From Eledone cirrhosa (Eukaryota), in NCBI GenBank assembly GCA_964016885.1, contig OZ024743.1:111166001-111230000 (forward strand): DNA of 64,000 bases. Reading direction: 5' to 3'. Position 1 is the first letter of the stretch. Every line of letters begins with the position of its first letter. Shown in pieces: positions 13,030 through 26,507 of this stretch. Below the pieces are notes generated by a model. It worked only from the letters and a program-made list of their open reading frames with translations, searched no databases and was not told the origin of the DNA. The translations under genes and the position numbers were made by a program.

Positions 13030-14068
13030 AGGGCAAGAAGACATGAACTCACTTACTACGTTTAAAAACATGATAAACAACATAGATAATAACATACAAT
13101 TCACAATGGAATCCAATCCTAAGGAATTAGCCTTCTTGGATATTCTCATCTCTGTAATAGACGGGAAATTAGATACAGATATATTCTATAAACCCACAGA
13201 TTCCAAGCAATACCTCTTTTTCACATCAAGTCAACCAAAACATACAAAACTTAACATTCCTTACAATTTGGCCAAACGTATATGTACCATAGTATCAGAT
13301 CCACCTAAACGGGAGCAAAGACCAAAGGAACTAAAAGACACCCTTATCTTAAGAGCCTTTCCACTTGAAATAATCAACAATGGAATAGACAGGGCAAAAC
13401 ACCTAAATCCCCATCAACTTAACAATCCAAAACAGAAAACCACACTCAACACCCTGCCATATGTATCCACTTTCAACCCCAGAAATACCGAAATGTTTGA
13501 TCACCTACACAAAAACCTCCCCATCCTACTTAAAGATGTAAAAATGAAGTCTATTCTTGAAACACACAAGATCCTTAAAAGTAAAAGACAACCCAAATCA
13601 CTTAAACGCATTCTCACTGGACCAAATATACCCAAACCAATCCTCAACCCTACAGTTACCAAATGTGGTAGAACAAACTGTGGAACGTGCCTCTACCTCA
13701 CTGAAGGACAAACATTTACATTCAAAGATGGCCAAACATTTACAGTAAAAGACAATTTCACCTGCAACTCGGAGAACTTGATTTACGCAATAACTTGCGG
13801 TGGGTGCAAACACAACTACATAGGACAGACGGGCACCTCATTACGCAAAAGAATGACCATCCACCGCCAACAAATCCGGGACGCTAACACAAGAAAAATC
13901 CCCTTGAGCAGCCATATTGCGAACTGCGCAGGAATGACACTACCCAACTTTAAAATCTTCCCCTTCTACAAGTGCTCAGATTCGTTCACACAACAACAAA
14001 GAATAAACAAAGAAAATCTATTCCTTAACAAATTTAAACCAAAACTAAACGGGTTATCACCCCAATAG
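13030..14068 (+). CDS. PLE RT C-terminus/thumb + Zn-finger linker + GIY-YIG endonuclease (5'-truncated, frame intact)
   Basis: IQFTME..LAFLDI..DIFYKPTD..YL..S.P (RT/thumb); KCGRTNCGTC linker; NLIYAITCGGCKHNYIGQTG..LRKRM..H (GIY-YIG). The upstream part of ORF 12416..14068 is microsatellite read-through. Confidence 0.93.
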
Positions 14069-14471
14069 AATTGTCATAAAATATAAACACACATACGCAC
14101 GGAATCACTACTATTAAAGACCAGAGACCAATTCTGTAGAATCAGGTTTATTCATTGACAGACCATGCCTTTGTGTGACCAACACATCCATGTTAAACCC
14201 TGCACGTGCACACACATATATCTATATATATATGCGCACACAGAATTCACCACTGTCGGTTGCGGGGCCCAATCTACATGAAGAACTCAATGTGATCAGA
14301 ATGACTTGTATTTTAATTTCACTGCCCCAACTTCTTATATTATGGAAAAAATATATGTGTCTGTATGTATATATATATATATATATTTGAAGGCCATTTC
14401 TCTGTGTGTGGGTGTATGTATGTGTATATGTGTGTGTGTGTGTATGTGTGTGCATGTGGATGTATGTATTG

Positions 14472-14512
<41 letters not shown>

Positions 14513-14680
14513 GGGTATCTGGATGTATGCGTATGTGTATATATATATATATATGCGTGTGTGTGTGTGTGTGTATATATATATGTGTGTGTATGTGTGT
14601 ATATATATCTGTGTGTGTGTGTGTGTATGTTTGTATGTGTGTATGTATATATATATGTGTGTGTGTATGTATGTGTGGGG

Positions 14681-14756
<76 letters not shown>

Positions 14757-14795
14757 ATGTATGTGTGTATCTGGATGTATGTGTACGTATATATA

Positions 14796-14864
<69 letters not shown>

Positions 14865-15320
14865 ATGTGTATATATGTGTGTGTGTGTATGTGTGTATGT
14901 ATATGTATGTGTGTGTGTATGTATGTGTGTATATGTATATATATATATATATATATATGTATATGTATATGTATGTATGTGTGGATGAAGGTATGTGTGT
15001 ATATATAGGTGTAAGTGCACTAAATCCTTTTCTATCACGCTCCACTCTCCTACCCATCACAGGAAGATATGTGTATGTATATTGCTTCCACCCCCTCACT
15101 GACCAGCAGCTGGCCAGTTGGTGATTGCTAAATCTGACCTTTATAAAATAACCCACACCCCAAATAACTTCTCATTCACTACCAGAAAGGGACACAGCAG
15201 TCAACCTGTTGTTGCTACCTAGATGAAAACTGCTATGAAATCCCACAATGAATTTTATACTTGAATTTTCAAGTCTCAAATTTTAACTCTTCGTATTATT
15301 AATTTTTCTTAATATTAATC

Positions 15321-15368
15321 AACATTTGAAAAGATGGCTTTTGCAGACCCATCGAAACCGGTCATTTT
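15321..15368 (+). ncRNA. Minimal hammerhead ribozyme, U3:A8 variant, in pseudo-LTR
   Basis: aacat-TTGAAAA-GATGG cttttgcagac CCATC-GAAA-CCGG-TC-atttt. Stem III palindrome ACCGGT, GUC triplet. Mirror copy at 12086-12133 on the minus strand. Confidence 0.7.
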
Positions 15369-15491
15369 TTATACCCTTTATTATTTCCTTACCTTATAAA
15401 ATTATGTTTTTTCACAAAAAAGTATTCTGTCTCTTATATATTCCATGTGCCATTACCAACCTCAATTTTCTCTCTCTCTCTATATATATAT

Positions 15492-15654
15492 ATATAAGAT
15501 CAAAAGACGGTTAAAAGAGTTCCATGTATTTTATGGAACACTTTTTACCATCTTTTGATCTTATATATTATGTATACTCCAGTCCTACAAATTGTAGAGT
15601 GCTTCTTATCCGATATCTGCATTGCTTTATTGTACTACAATAAAACTCACCTCC

Positions 15655-15660
<6 letters not shown>
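15492..15660. mobile_element. Short foldback island between (TA)n tracts
   Basis: Imperfect hairpin 15492-15567 plus a unique tail ending in (TA)n. Confidence 0.65.
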
Positions 15661-15716
<56 letters not shown>

Positions 15717-15798
15717 GATAAGCAGAACAAGCAAAATTCAACCAATTTTTTAAAAATAAATTAAAAAATATAATATAAATATTTACCTCTTCTAATGG

Positions 15799-15874
15799 CC
15801 CTTACTGATCAGTTTCGCTTTGTAAAATGGATATCTGATGGATATCTGATGGAAAACAAAAGCTCATCAGAGAA
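15799..15874 (-). ncRNA. Hammerhead ribozyme with canonical core
   Basis: Minus strand: ttct-CTGATGA-gcttt...aaagc-GAAA-CTGATCAG-TA-aggg. Stem III palindrome ACTGATCAGT, GUA triplet. (TA)n lies about 85 nt downstream. Confidence 0.8.
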
Positions 15875-16099
15875 GCATTGTCCTTTCCTAGGGCTAAAAG
15901 ACCCAGGAACGAAAAAATATATGACCTCCTGCCAGCTAACACAGGTCTAAAGGTCGTGAAAGTGACCCGTATGTAAATCGGTCCGAAGAAAAAGCCGGAA
16001 ACCACAGACTTGCTGTCTATAATTACTACTAAAAAAAATAGCACCTAAATAGAACAACAGATTTGTTCTCTACATAACAGAGAATAATGAATGAAGTAA

Positions 16100-16265
16100 G
16101 TTAATATGTCCATTACTGGTGCACTCTTTTGTTGACTCCGTGGGGATGAAAGGCAAGGTCGACCTCGGCGGGATTTGAGCTCGCAGCGCGGAGGGTCATA
16201 GCTCTATGATGTAAAGCAATTATAATAATACTGAACGGTAACCCGAACGGCTTCAACTATACGAA
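16100..16265 (-). mobile_element. tRNA-derived SINE (same family as 6451)
   Basis: gatgaaaggcaaggtcgacctcggcgggatttgagctc core. Confidence 0.75.
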
Positions 16266-16589
16266 CACTTTCGAAAGTCAACAGTTGACATAATCTTGTA
16301 TCAGTAATGATGCTAATATATATATATATATAGAGAGAGAGATAAATATACAGGGGTGTGTATGATTGTGTATAGAAGATTATATTAATAAAAGGAATTC
16401 CAACTTTCTCTGATTTACTCATTTTATTTACAATCCTTTAACATTTATAATGGTATTAGAATGAAATAGTATGGTAGAATATTAACTGTTAAGTGTTAAT
16501 TGAACAAGTACTTTCATGCTTTCGCAATCTTCAGTTTCAAAATGTGTGGTGACAGTCAAGTTTGCAATTTTCAACAGTTGAAAATTGCA

Positions 16590-16798
16590 AACTTGACGGT
16601 TGCCTCTTTCTTTGTCCAAACAACATCTTCTGGTTGATGTCAAACATGCGGTTCTGTCTATACTGACTGACTCTGCTCTCGTATCGCCTAATTGTTGCAC
16701 TCTTTGCTACAATGCGTTGCTTTAGTTCCTCTATGATAATATTTAGCTTTTTCCTCCTAGTTTTGTACTTTATTTCCAGTCTATTTTTAGTGTCTATG

Positions 16799-16800
<2 letters not shown>
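16590..16800 (-). pseudogene. R4/Dong-clade LINE fragment
   Basis: EELKQRIVAKSATIRRYESRVSQYRQNRMFDINQK matches the pre-RT region of R4-like elements; abuts (TAA)n. Confidence 0.7.
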
Positions 16801-16836
<36 letters not shown>

Positions 16837-17337
16837 GAATGCCATGGTTGACGGATGCTCGGCTCTGTAAGGTATAGTAATTTTTAACCGCTATAACAAT
16901 TGTACATTGTTTAAAACTCTAACCAAATTGTAGATAAAAACACCCTCCTCCTCGTGAGAGGGGTCTTTCTGTCCGTTATTTGGCCCTACGGGGTTAAATA
17001 GCCGCTTATTGGGGTTTTGTGCCCAATATTTATTTTAAACCCCCCCAAAAACATAGCTACAAAAAAGAATTTTCACAAGTCAATCCCACTCATTCCGTCT
17101 TCTTCTTCCTCAATCGTCACTACATCAGAGAGACGATCGTCTTTCTCTTTGCCTTCTCTAAATGTGTCTCTCTCCCTCCCGTCTCTTTCGCAAGCGACGC
17201 CAGTATAGAAAACGAAAAATATAGTTTTTGATAGTTTCCAAGAGCACGTGCAAATCGAGGAACATTTCTCCACGACGCCGACAACGACGAAAAATGTGTG
17301 CGGTAAATAAGGAAAGCCATTTCATTCGTCTGATGTC

Positions 17338-18794
17338 ATGAATAATAGCAGTAGCAGCCGTAGTAACAGCAGCAGCAGCAGCAGCAACAGTGACAAGGAA
17401 AACAATAGTAGCAGCCGCATCAGCATCAGCAGCAGCATGAACAACAACAGCGGCAAAAGCAACAACAACAGCATCAGATACAACAACAACAACCACAGCA
17501 ACAGCGGTGGCGGCAGTCGTAGTACCAGCAGCAACAACAAAAGTAACAGCAGCTCTGACGACAACAACAACAACAACAAGAAAGAAAAACCAATCTCGTT
17601 TGCAGGTATCGCAAAGAACCTGGAAATCATCCTTATAACAAATGAGGAATTACAGGAAGCAAAGAAGATGGTGACGAAAACCGGACACCGAGCAATCTGC
17701 AAGGCAGCCGAAAATGTTTTCGAAACCCAACAGCACAGTACGGTCACGTACCGTACAGTAAGCATAAAATCCCGTAGGGTTGAAAGAGCCACAGAGGCTC
17801 AAATACAAAATGCCTTAGGGTCTGTGTGGCAGCGCAAAACTCATATCACCCGAGGCAAGACATATGCCACCGGGGACGTGCTTTTTGCCAGACCGCAGGA
17901 GGCAAAGGCTCAATCCTTAGTGACCCTAAGGAGCGAGGAAATGGTGTTGGTGCCCTCCTACTGTGGGCAAAAAATTGTGAGGGTCAAACTGACACACGTC
18001 CCTCCCGGGATGGCCAATTCTTGGCTGGCCGCGTCTGTCCTCGTCCGAATCGAGGACTAAACAACTGTACTGCAAGTAAAGAAAAAAGTACGATAAGATT
18101 GGGTCGGCACCTCCATTGAGATGTTAATCCAAACCAACCAGGAGTGCATCGAAGCTATCCCGGATGTGATAGACTTCGATAACTGCACTCAACTGCCCAT
18201 AAGTGTTGAGGGCAACGTCCGAAATGCTTTCGATGTGGGTCGAAGACTCACCTCAGGGCCTTCTGCAATGAGAAGACCCTGAGAAAGGAGAAAAGCCCCC
18301 TCCTTCCGAAACCAGCTCCACTGCTACCAGCAACAGGACAGGCGGCAAGCACGAGGAATAGGTCCGTGGCACCCATAACCCTGCCACGCAGCAAAAGTGG
18401 AAGTATTAACAACAACAAGCAGGTGCAACAGAGATTCCACTGCAACCATCACCAACAAGAACAAGTTAATGTGGAGCTGGTACCCCTCCCCAACCTCACA
18501 GAATCAGACATGGAATGTGAGGTGGGAGAGGGATGGCAAAAGGTCGCAAGAAGGCACAAACGCAGAAGCAGCGCGTCGTCGCCTTCGAAAAGGGAGGAAA
18601 GAAATGAAAAAAAGGGTAAAGGCTACTGTAAAGAGACTTACAGAAGCAACACCACCAACACCATCACCACCATCACCACCCACGCCAACCCCACCGCTAA
18701 CAACAACAACACGTTCAACACCACCACCACAAGCACCAACATCGCAAGCACAACAACAAAACACACACACCCAGCAACAAAGACAAGAAAATAG
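17338..18794 (+). pseudogene. LINE ORF1 (gag-like, CCHC zinc knuckle), interrupted
   Basis: S/N-rich start; ..LVPSYCGQKIVRVKLTHVPP..; stop at 18058-18060; RPKCFRCGSKTHLRAFC at about 18216-18266. Confidence 0.8.
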
Positions 18795-19229
18795 CGGAAC
18801 CACAGCCCCCCCCCCCCCCCCCCCCAAAAAAAAAAGCACAGCAATAAATACACACAACAAGAAAATAATGACTTACATAATAGAACAAACAGACATTTCA
18901 CAGCACGACTACACAATACCACCACCAATCAAAACACCAACGAACATAAGACTGGTAAGAATAGCACAGAAAAAATACACAAACATTAAAACAAAATTCC
19001 CCAACGCAGTTGGTGATTTCAGAGACCTAGGAGGGACGCTCAACCGGAGAGTATATTCGGATATACTCATAGAAGAGCCGACGACCTGTCGAAGGGACGA
19101 TTCAACGGTCCCTTCACCAGACGATCAAGTGAAACGGGATGGAGAAACCATCCTTCCTCTACAAGAAGTAAGGTAAGTGGTATTTCCCATCTTTTCCACT
19201 CCATTTCAACATGACCTCACTCAGGATAG

Positions 19230-22200
19230 GCAGCATAAATGCACGTGGCTAGGGGTCGTCATGGAAGCAGGGCTACCTGCTCAACGACCTCAGGTCACTA
19301 AACATAGATGTAGTGGCCATCAGCGAGACCAGAATCTCCGAAGCACCGGCCTTCGCACCGATCTTCGGCGGCTACGATGTGTACGCATCTCCCAGGCGTC
19401 CGGTATTGGGGGGGGGGGGGAGTTGCTGTGCTTTTTCCGAGAGGTTTGGATCTCGCCATACGGGCCATTTTCCTGGACCCAGAAGGTAAGTTGGTGGTGC
19501 TAGGCGTGACCAGCGGAGACGGGCAAGCTTTCAGGCTAGTGGCCGTTATGCCCCGACAGGAGCAGGGCGGTCTGATTTTTTTCGGCGTCTGGAGACCTTT
19601 CTTGGAACGTCCCGCTCTTTAGTGTTAGTGGGCGACTGGAACGGGATCTTAGATGCACGCTGGGACTGTGTGGGATCAGCGGATAGGGGAGGGGGTTGCA
19701 AGAGCCTCACCAACCTGCTCAGGCGTTTTGAACTTTCTGACAGTTCCCGATTGAATTTCCCGAATGTGCCAATGTGGACTTGGACAAATCGCATAAGGTC
19801 ATCTAGATCATATCTAGATAGAGTATTTTGTAGGGAAATACATAGATCTAGGTTAGGCTGTCCACAATTCAAGATAGTCAGCTACACAGACCACAAATTC
19901 GTGATCTGTGTGCTTGACGTAGACAGGCTTCATAGGCGAGAACCCGGCTACAGGAAGCTAAACGCGTCCTTACCAGCGCGCAAGGCCTACAGAGACCGGA
20001 TTAGCGAACTAGTTAAGCGGGCGTTGACGAGGGCAATCGTCAACAACAAGTGGTGGTTGGCTCTGAAAAGAGCAATTAGAATAGAGTCATTTAGGTTTAG
20101 TAAGGCTTTAGCAATAGAGAAAAATAGAGCAGAGGGAAAATTAGTTAGAAAATTAGACGAGGCGCTTAGCAAAGGCATCGCGATCGACGTACTTGTGGCG
20201 AAATTGGCCCTTGACCAATTCTTCAATGCAAAGCACGATGGCTGCGTTGTCAGAGCTAGGGTGCGTTATCTCAGACAGGAGGGGACGAAAGCCGTTGAAT
20301 GGGCCCGAGTGGCGGAGGCGCGTAGTGGCAACAAAGCCACGATCCGGTCTTTGGTGGACCACAACGGCCGCATGCTTCACGATCCCGGGCAAATGTGTGA
20401 AGCCTTTCAGCGACACTTCGCTCAGATGTTCGGGGGAAGCGGCGGGACGGATCCTGGGATGGACTTTAGTGTCTACCTCGACGGACTGCCGCGGCTCTCG
20501 GCCACTGAGGCGGAGTGTTGCGAAAAGCCGATAACAGCCGCTGAAGTACGGGAGGCAATGACTGGCTGCACGAGGGGTAAATCGTCTGGTTTGGATGGTC
20601 TGCCCTATGAACTTTACGTACAGATGCCAGATTTGTTCGGAGGCCTCTTGGCGCACGTCTACTGCAACTGGCAACAGAACGGGAGAATTCCCAGCTCTGT
20701 GAGCCGAGGAGCTGTGGCTCTGATGAGAAAGGATCCGAACAAGGGGGGTAACATAGATAATTTCAGGCCCATAACTTTGCTAAACACAGAGTTCAAGATT
20801 TTGGCCAAGGTGCTAGCAAAGAGGTTGGACTTTTAAATGGTGGTCTGGTGGGAGAGGCGCAGACATGCGCCATTCCCGACAGATCCATCCACAACAACCT
20901 CCACCTCATACGATACATCGTAGAGAGTGTAGCTAGGGCACCTGGCACGGGTGGGTCCTTGATCAATTTAGATCAGTCGAAAGCTTTCGATAGGGTCGAC
21001 CATCGTTACCTAGCGGCATTCCTGAGGGTGGCTGGCTTTTGGGCCCGTCTTCAGAGGCTGGATCGCTGCCATGCACAGCGACATCTTCTCTGTGGTGAGA
21101 GTGAACGGTCACCTTTCGGAACCGTTCAACATCATGCGCTCGGTCCGCCAAGGATGTCCTCTTTCGTCCCTCTTGTACGTATTGACTCTTGAGCCATTAC
21201 TGCACAAACTGGAGAGGTTGAGGGGGGTCCCGCGTGAACTAGGATGCGGAAGATCCGTGTCAGCATATGCGGACGATGTCACCGTAGTAGTGTCGAACGC
21301 CAAACACATCGAGGCGATCGGCTCTACACTAAGAAAATACGAAGCGGTGACAGCACCAAGATCAACCAGGAAAAGTCAGTGGGCCTGCAGCTCGGCACCT
21401 GGAGAGGCAGGTCCATTCCCTCCAACAGCGTCGTTGGGCGCTGGATGGATGGAGCGATAAATTGCTAGGGTTCTGGTTTGGTCCGGACCTCCAGACGGAC
21501 ACAAACTGGGACGAGGTGACGAGCAGGGTGGCTTCTCTCACTCAGAAATGGGCGGTGAGGAAGCTATCCTTGAAAGGTCGAGCGGAGTTGGCTAACACGT
21601 ACATCCCGTCCTTCATCTACTACTGCCTGACCATCGTACCTTGTCCTAAGCCCCGCCTGACTGCGCTGGAGCGTTGTTTGCTCTTTCGCTTTTTGTGGAA
21701 GGGACGCGCTCCGATGGTCAGGCGGTACATATGCTGTCAACACCCGCTACGTGGATAGCTGGGCATGCAGTGACTGATGATGCGCAGACACGCGCTCAGG
21801 CTACGACATCTCCACCTCTTCCTCGACGGCGATCAGGTGTGGTCGCCGTTTGCTAGACACGTCTTTCCCACCTCGTCTCCTTGACGGAGCTGCAGTCCTG
21901 GGTCAAGCGAAGACCGAGAGGGAGCGCTTGGAAACCGGAATGTCTTCAGGCGCTCACAGCCCTCGACCAATCGGGCAATGTGATCGGTGGAAACTCCACC
22001 TTGGCGTTCTATAGAGGATTAGTGGAGGGGAAGAGCGACGACGTACTTGGGGAAAGTCTAGGCGTCGACGAAAATCAACTAGCCAATCTCTTCGGAAGGA
22101 CTTTCAGGCCGGGGCCTATGGACAACTTCCAGAAATCCCTGGCTTGGCAATGCTACCGAGGAGCTTTGCCAGTTCGGGATAATCTCTACAGGCATGGAGG

Positions 22201-22620
22201 TGCCGTCAGACGGGCATGTCCGAGATGCGCACAGGGCGACGAAACGGTCCTGTACGAACTCGTCCACTGTCCGAGCATTGCTGACTTGTGGGTTTATGTC
22301 GAACACCTACTTTCACGTGTAGGACGGATCCGGCTATCAGCTGAGTCCATCGTGAGGATTACCCCGCCCTCTTCCTTTAGCAGGGAAGGGCAGGCAGTTT
22401 TTATCTGTATGGTGGCCATGGCGAAAGAGATAGTATGGTGGACACGTTTGAAAGGGCTGAAGACGAGCACTTACCTCTTCAGTGATGCCCTGATTAACTT
22501 TTTCAAATTTCATTGAAAAGAAAAATCAGGGTAGAGAGGGAAGTGCTCTCTTCCCAGCATTTTGTTGAAAGATGGGTGAGAGAAACAAGCATGGCCCGAG
22601 TGAATGGAACACTGGGAGAG
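19230..22620 (+). pseudogene. LINE ORF2 (APE endonuclease, RT, C-terminal Cys motif), frameshifted
   Basis: LVGDWNG..YLDRVF..TDHK (APE); GLDGLP, FRPITLLN, LDQSKAFDRV, VRQGCPLS, AYADD (RT); CPRC..ETV..LVHC. Confidence 0.93.
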
Positions 22621-23299
22621 GGCACTTGCCCTGGTGGTCAGGGTCACTATGGCTTTTTAATGGGCTTTCTCCACGAATGTCCCTCGGAAGTCTACCCCCT
22701 ATTGGGGAATTGTTTCATTGTTCTATTATTACACCCTCTGTTTCTTGTTTTTTTACACGCAGAAATGCCCATTTGTACCGCCCTGTTTTGTCATATACTG
22801 TCCTTAATGTCTACTTTATGTAAACCCTTGTGGTTAATAAAGAAAGCATTATTATTAGGATTATTATTATTATTATTATTATTATTGTTATTATTGTGTT
22901 TTTTCTGGGTGTTTTATCGTACAATGGCCATAATCGATAACGAGGGGGCAGCCATCATATGTATGTATAGGTGTGTGTGTGTGTATGTATGTGTGTATGG
23001 GTGTGTATGTGTGTTTGTTTGAAATATAATAGAGGAAACACACAAACTAAACCTGCATTCAAAGCATCGGCTTTTCATAAATACTTTTACTGGTTTCGAT
23101 TGATCAAATGAAGCTTTAAAAAATAAAAATAAATTCCCATACGTTGAGGAATAACAAATATGTTATTGACACGCGCAGCCGGGCTGGAAGTGTTATTCAG
23201 ACTGTCGCTTATATGATCATTTGCAAACGCAGTGTTACTACTTCGCTGATCAGAAGGAGACGTTTGGCAATCGCTTGATAGGTGTGATGCCGGGTTCTA

Positions 23300-23960
23300 A
23301 TTATTAGGAATGAAAATCATTGCTACAAATTGTGAGACATCGTCATCTCAAGAAAGCGTGCGCCCAGCTCTCTACATGTCCACTGAAGGAGATATTTGGG
23401 GCAATTTTTTCGAATGAAGGCAGACATTAAGTGTCAGAAATGCGGGAGCTTTTGCAGTGATGCTCCTCCTTCAAAATGCCGTGATCAGAAGAAGAGAGAT
23501 ATATGCAAAAAACAAATACGCTATCTTCAATTCAATATTTGTGCAAACCGTTACCTTTGGTCATGAATCGTGTGTAATGACCGAACTAATAGGATCACGT
23601 ATACAATCCGCCGAAATATGGTTCCTTCGAAAGGGCTTCATATTATTCCTACTTGACAAAATACGTAACTCGCAGATTACATTTTCGTTCCAGGTGGGGC
23701 CGATCCTTTTCCTATATTAAGAACATGTCACAAGATTGTTCCAGAAAATAATATATAGACAGATTGTATGGGCAAAACCAGCCGGCAAGAGACTCAGGAG
23801 TAGACTACAGGAGTGTTGGAAAATATACATGATCTCGGCTTATCACGCTTGAGGATACAGGCGGATAAATTGGATACGGTTGGTTGTGAGTGGAGCTGCT
23901 GGACGGTGTATTTGAATTCCCTGCCAGCATGACGCAGGAATAAGGAGGCAATGAAAAAGA
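23300..23960 (+). mobile_element. RTE-clade LINE 3' fragment, degenerate
   Basis: KYAIFNSIFVQTVTFGHESCVMTE..SRIQSAEIWFLRK matches the RTE post-RT motif. Confidence 0.75.
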
Positions 23961-25682
23961 AGAATAACAAATATGTGATTATATTCTATTTGAAACAAGA
24001 CATTATATACAGTTTCGTGTATTTGTGTGCTGGGAGTGGATTAACAGTTCAAAGTGTCAGGATTCAATTGCTCTTTGTCTCCCAAGAATTCAACGGCGGA
24101 ATTAATCACTAATGAAACATTTATAACCCATGACGCTATTGTTCACTATTTGCCAATTACAACAACCAAAATCAGTGTGTCGTAAGGTAAGAAGATTCAA
24201 TTTTATGTAAAACTATATGCATATTCTGAGATTAACATGAAATACAATTCTGAATGTTATGCTTCCTGTGTTAATTCAGTAGGGCAAGGAACAATGTGAC
24301 CACAGTCTTGCCCTAGTAACATCACAACTCATCTCATTTTAACTAGGATTTATATAATACTTGTGAACATATACCAAATTACCAATTAAATTAAACACAA
24401 CGAGTAACGCCATATTACATCTTTATTTTCCGTTGTAATGAAATGTATTCGATGAAAGAAATCTGATGAAATTGCAAATTACTGTTTTCTTGGCGTCTGA
24501 ATGTTAAGCAGATTTACAATTCAAATATCATCAACATATTGTACAGACAGAAATGATATTTAAAGGAAAAATGATTTGAATAAATAAATACATAAATAAA
24601 TACGTAAATAAATGAATAATGCAAACCTATGTCTAGTTTGTCTACAGACATATAATGCCAGCGACTGTATCTAGAAACGAAAAGATAAATAAATTATAAA
24701 ATATAGAAATCAATATTTACTTAGTTTGATAAATATATATATATACAGCACCAGAAACGAATTAAAGCTACCAATTAAATATTTTTGTACCAAGACGTTT
24801 TAAGAACAATTACCTCAATTAATGATGAAGATTAATTCCTCTAAATCTAATGGTAACTATGATAAACCTTAAATATTTACATGTGAATAATTCCACTTTA
24901 AATCATCGTGTCAATAATGATCAAGCTAAACATTTAAACACAATGTTACTTAGTACTGTATGACAAGGCCACATATCTTCAATATAACTTAATACGAAGT
25001 AATTTAAAAGAGAGGCTTTGATTATAACTTCATTGTCATAGAAACACATGTGGTAAGGGTGCATGTTAGTGAAATATTTGGTTTCAAATGGTCGATTCAG
25101 AATTCCTTTTTAGAATTCGGTTTGGAATCCGCAGAGAAGTCATATATTATTGCTTTTAGAAACGTAACCATATGACATATGATTTAAACCATATGACAAC
25201 CAGCATTATGTTCGTGCAACATAAAAATATCATGGTATTATATTGTATTAGTACTTCCAATTCACTAGTTTCACTAAAGGACTTTTTTAAAATCATGAAT
25301 TGTATCTACTAAAAAATACAAAACATTTCCACTTGAATTGATATTGCATTAAAATATATATAATGGTATTTTCTATATATATTCAGAAGAAAACTCTTAA
25401 AGAATTGGCTTCTGGAAATGCCATATTGAATAGACGAGTATTGAAGTATTATTTACTATATATGTCAGCAAATATTTCCTAAATAATAAAAATGTGTCTC
25501 AAATAATAATTAGCGTAAAAACGTTTGCTTCAAATAGTTTTCGTCTAATCTCTATGTCGTAATTATTACTGTTACATATATATATATATATGTGTGCGTG
25601 GGGGAGGGAGGGGGGAGGGTTATGTATATATTAGTCTTGGTGCTCTGAAATAGGGATGTATATATGAATGTAAATATATAAT

Positions 25683-25895
25683 ATATTTGGCAATATACTG
25701 TATGTTTAATTAAAAGAATGTTGAAGAACATTCGCTATGAACTTTAAAGTAGTGACTATGTCACTTACCTATTCTCAGCAAAAGGAACCCTGTTGCTTTT
25801 GCCGAGAATAAGTAAGACTATGTCACTACTTTAAAACTCATAGCGAATGGTCCTCAAAATGTGTTTAATTAACATACAGGATATTGCCAAATATA
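25683..25895. repeat. Imperfect foldback, about 100-bp arms
   Basis: atatttggcaatat..tgtatgttt..ttcgctatga..ctcagcaaaag / cttttgccgagaata..tcatagcgaatg..aacatacag.atattgccaaatat. Confidence 0.85.
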
Positions 25896-26067
25896 CTATG
25901 GGTGTATATATATATATATATATATATATCGATTTGGACTTACCAGTTTAAAAGAGCATGACCATCGTTTAGAAATGTACAGGAAACTGAGGAACGGAAA
26001 GTTTAGGTATTGTAAAAACTTACTGCGAAACGATAGAGCACAGGTAGTTTCGTGGGCGAGTGGATAA

Positions 26068-26119
<52 letters not shown>

Positions 26120-26121
<2 letters not shown>

Positions 26122-26507
26122 AGATCGGCAGAAATGGGGTTGCTCCGAAGTAACGTTACTCGATATAGTGTGAACCTCGGAGAAAAGAAAGTCATTCCAG
26201 GTAGAGTCGTTACGTCTCCGAATTGACAGATCACAGCTCAGATACTATGGGCATGTTGTAAAAATGTCTCAGGAAAGAAACGCTGGAGAGATTGTATGGG
26301 CAGACGAAACAGACAGGACACTCAGGTATATGACCCGAACAAGATGGTTGGATAAAATCCATGAGTTCGGCTGGTCTCGCTTGGGTATCCAGTCGGATCT
26401 GTTGGAACGGTTGCTTCTGGCAAGAGCTGCAGGAAGGTGTGATTGAGGACTATACACCCACGTCCCTCTCAAGAAGAAGAAGAAGAAGAAGAAGAAGAAG
26501 AAGAAGA
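26120..26507 (+). mobile_element. RTE-clade LINE 3' end with (AAG)n tail
   Basis: QLRYYGHVVKMSQER...RTRWLDKI motif; related to 23700-23950; (AAG)n at 26471-26507. Confidence 0.75.

Larger units (their letters stand above)
11946..15473 (+). mobile_element. Young 5'-truncated Neptune-type Penelope-like element with inverted 5' pseudo-LTR
   Basis: Near-identical inverted arms 11981-13029 and 14401-15473 enclose a PLE ORF. (TA)n on both flanks. Confidence 0.93.
16837..22847 (+). mobile_element. Near full-length Tx1/L1-clade LINE, disrupted
   Basis: ORF1 + APE-RT ORF2, AATAAA at about 22836, (TTA)n on both sides, visibly GC-richer than flanks. The 5' boundary is inferred from the (TTA)n junction. 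Confidence 0.9.
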
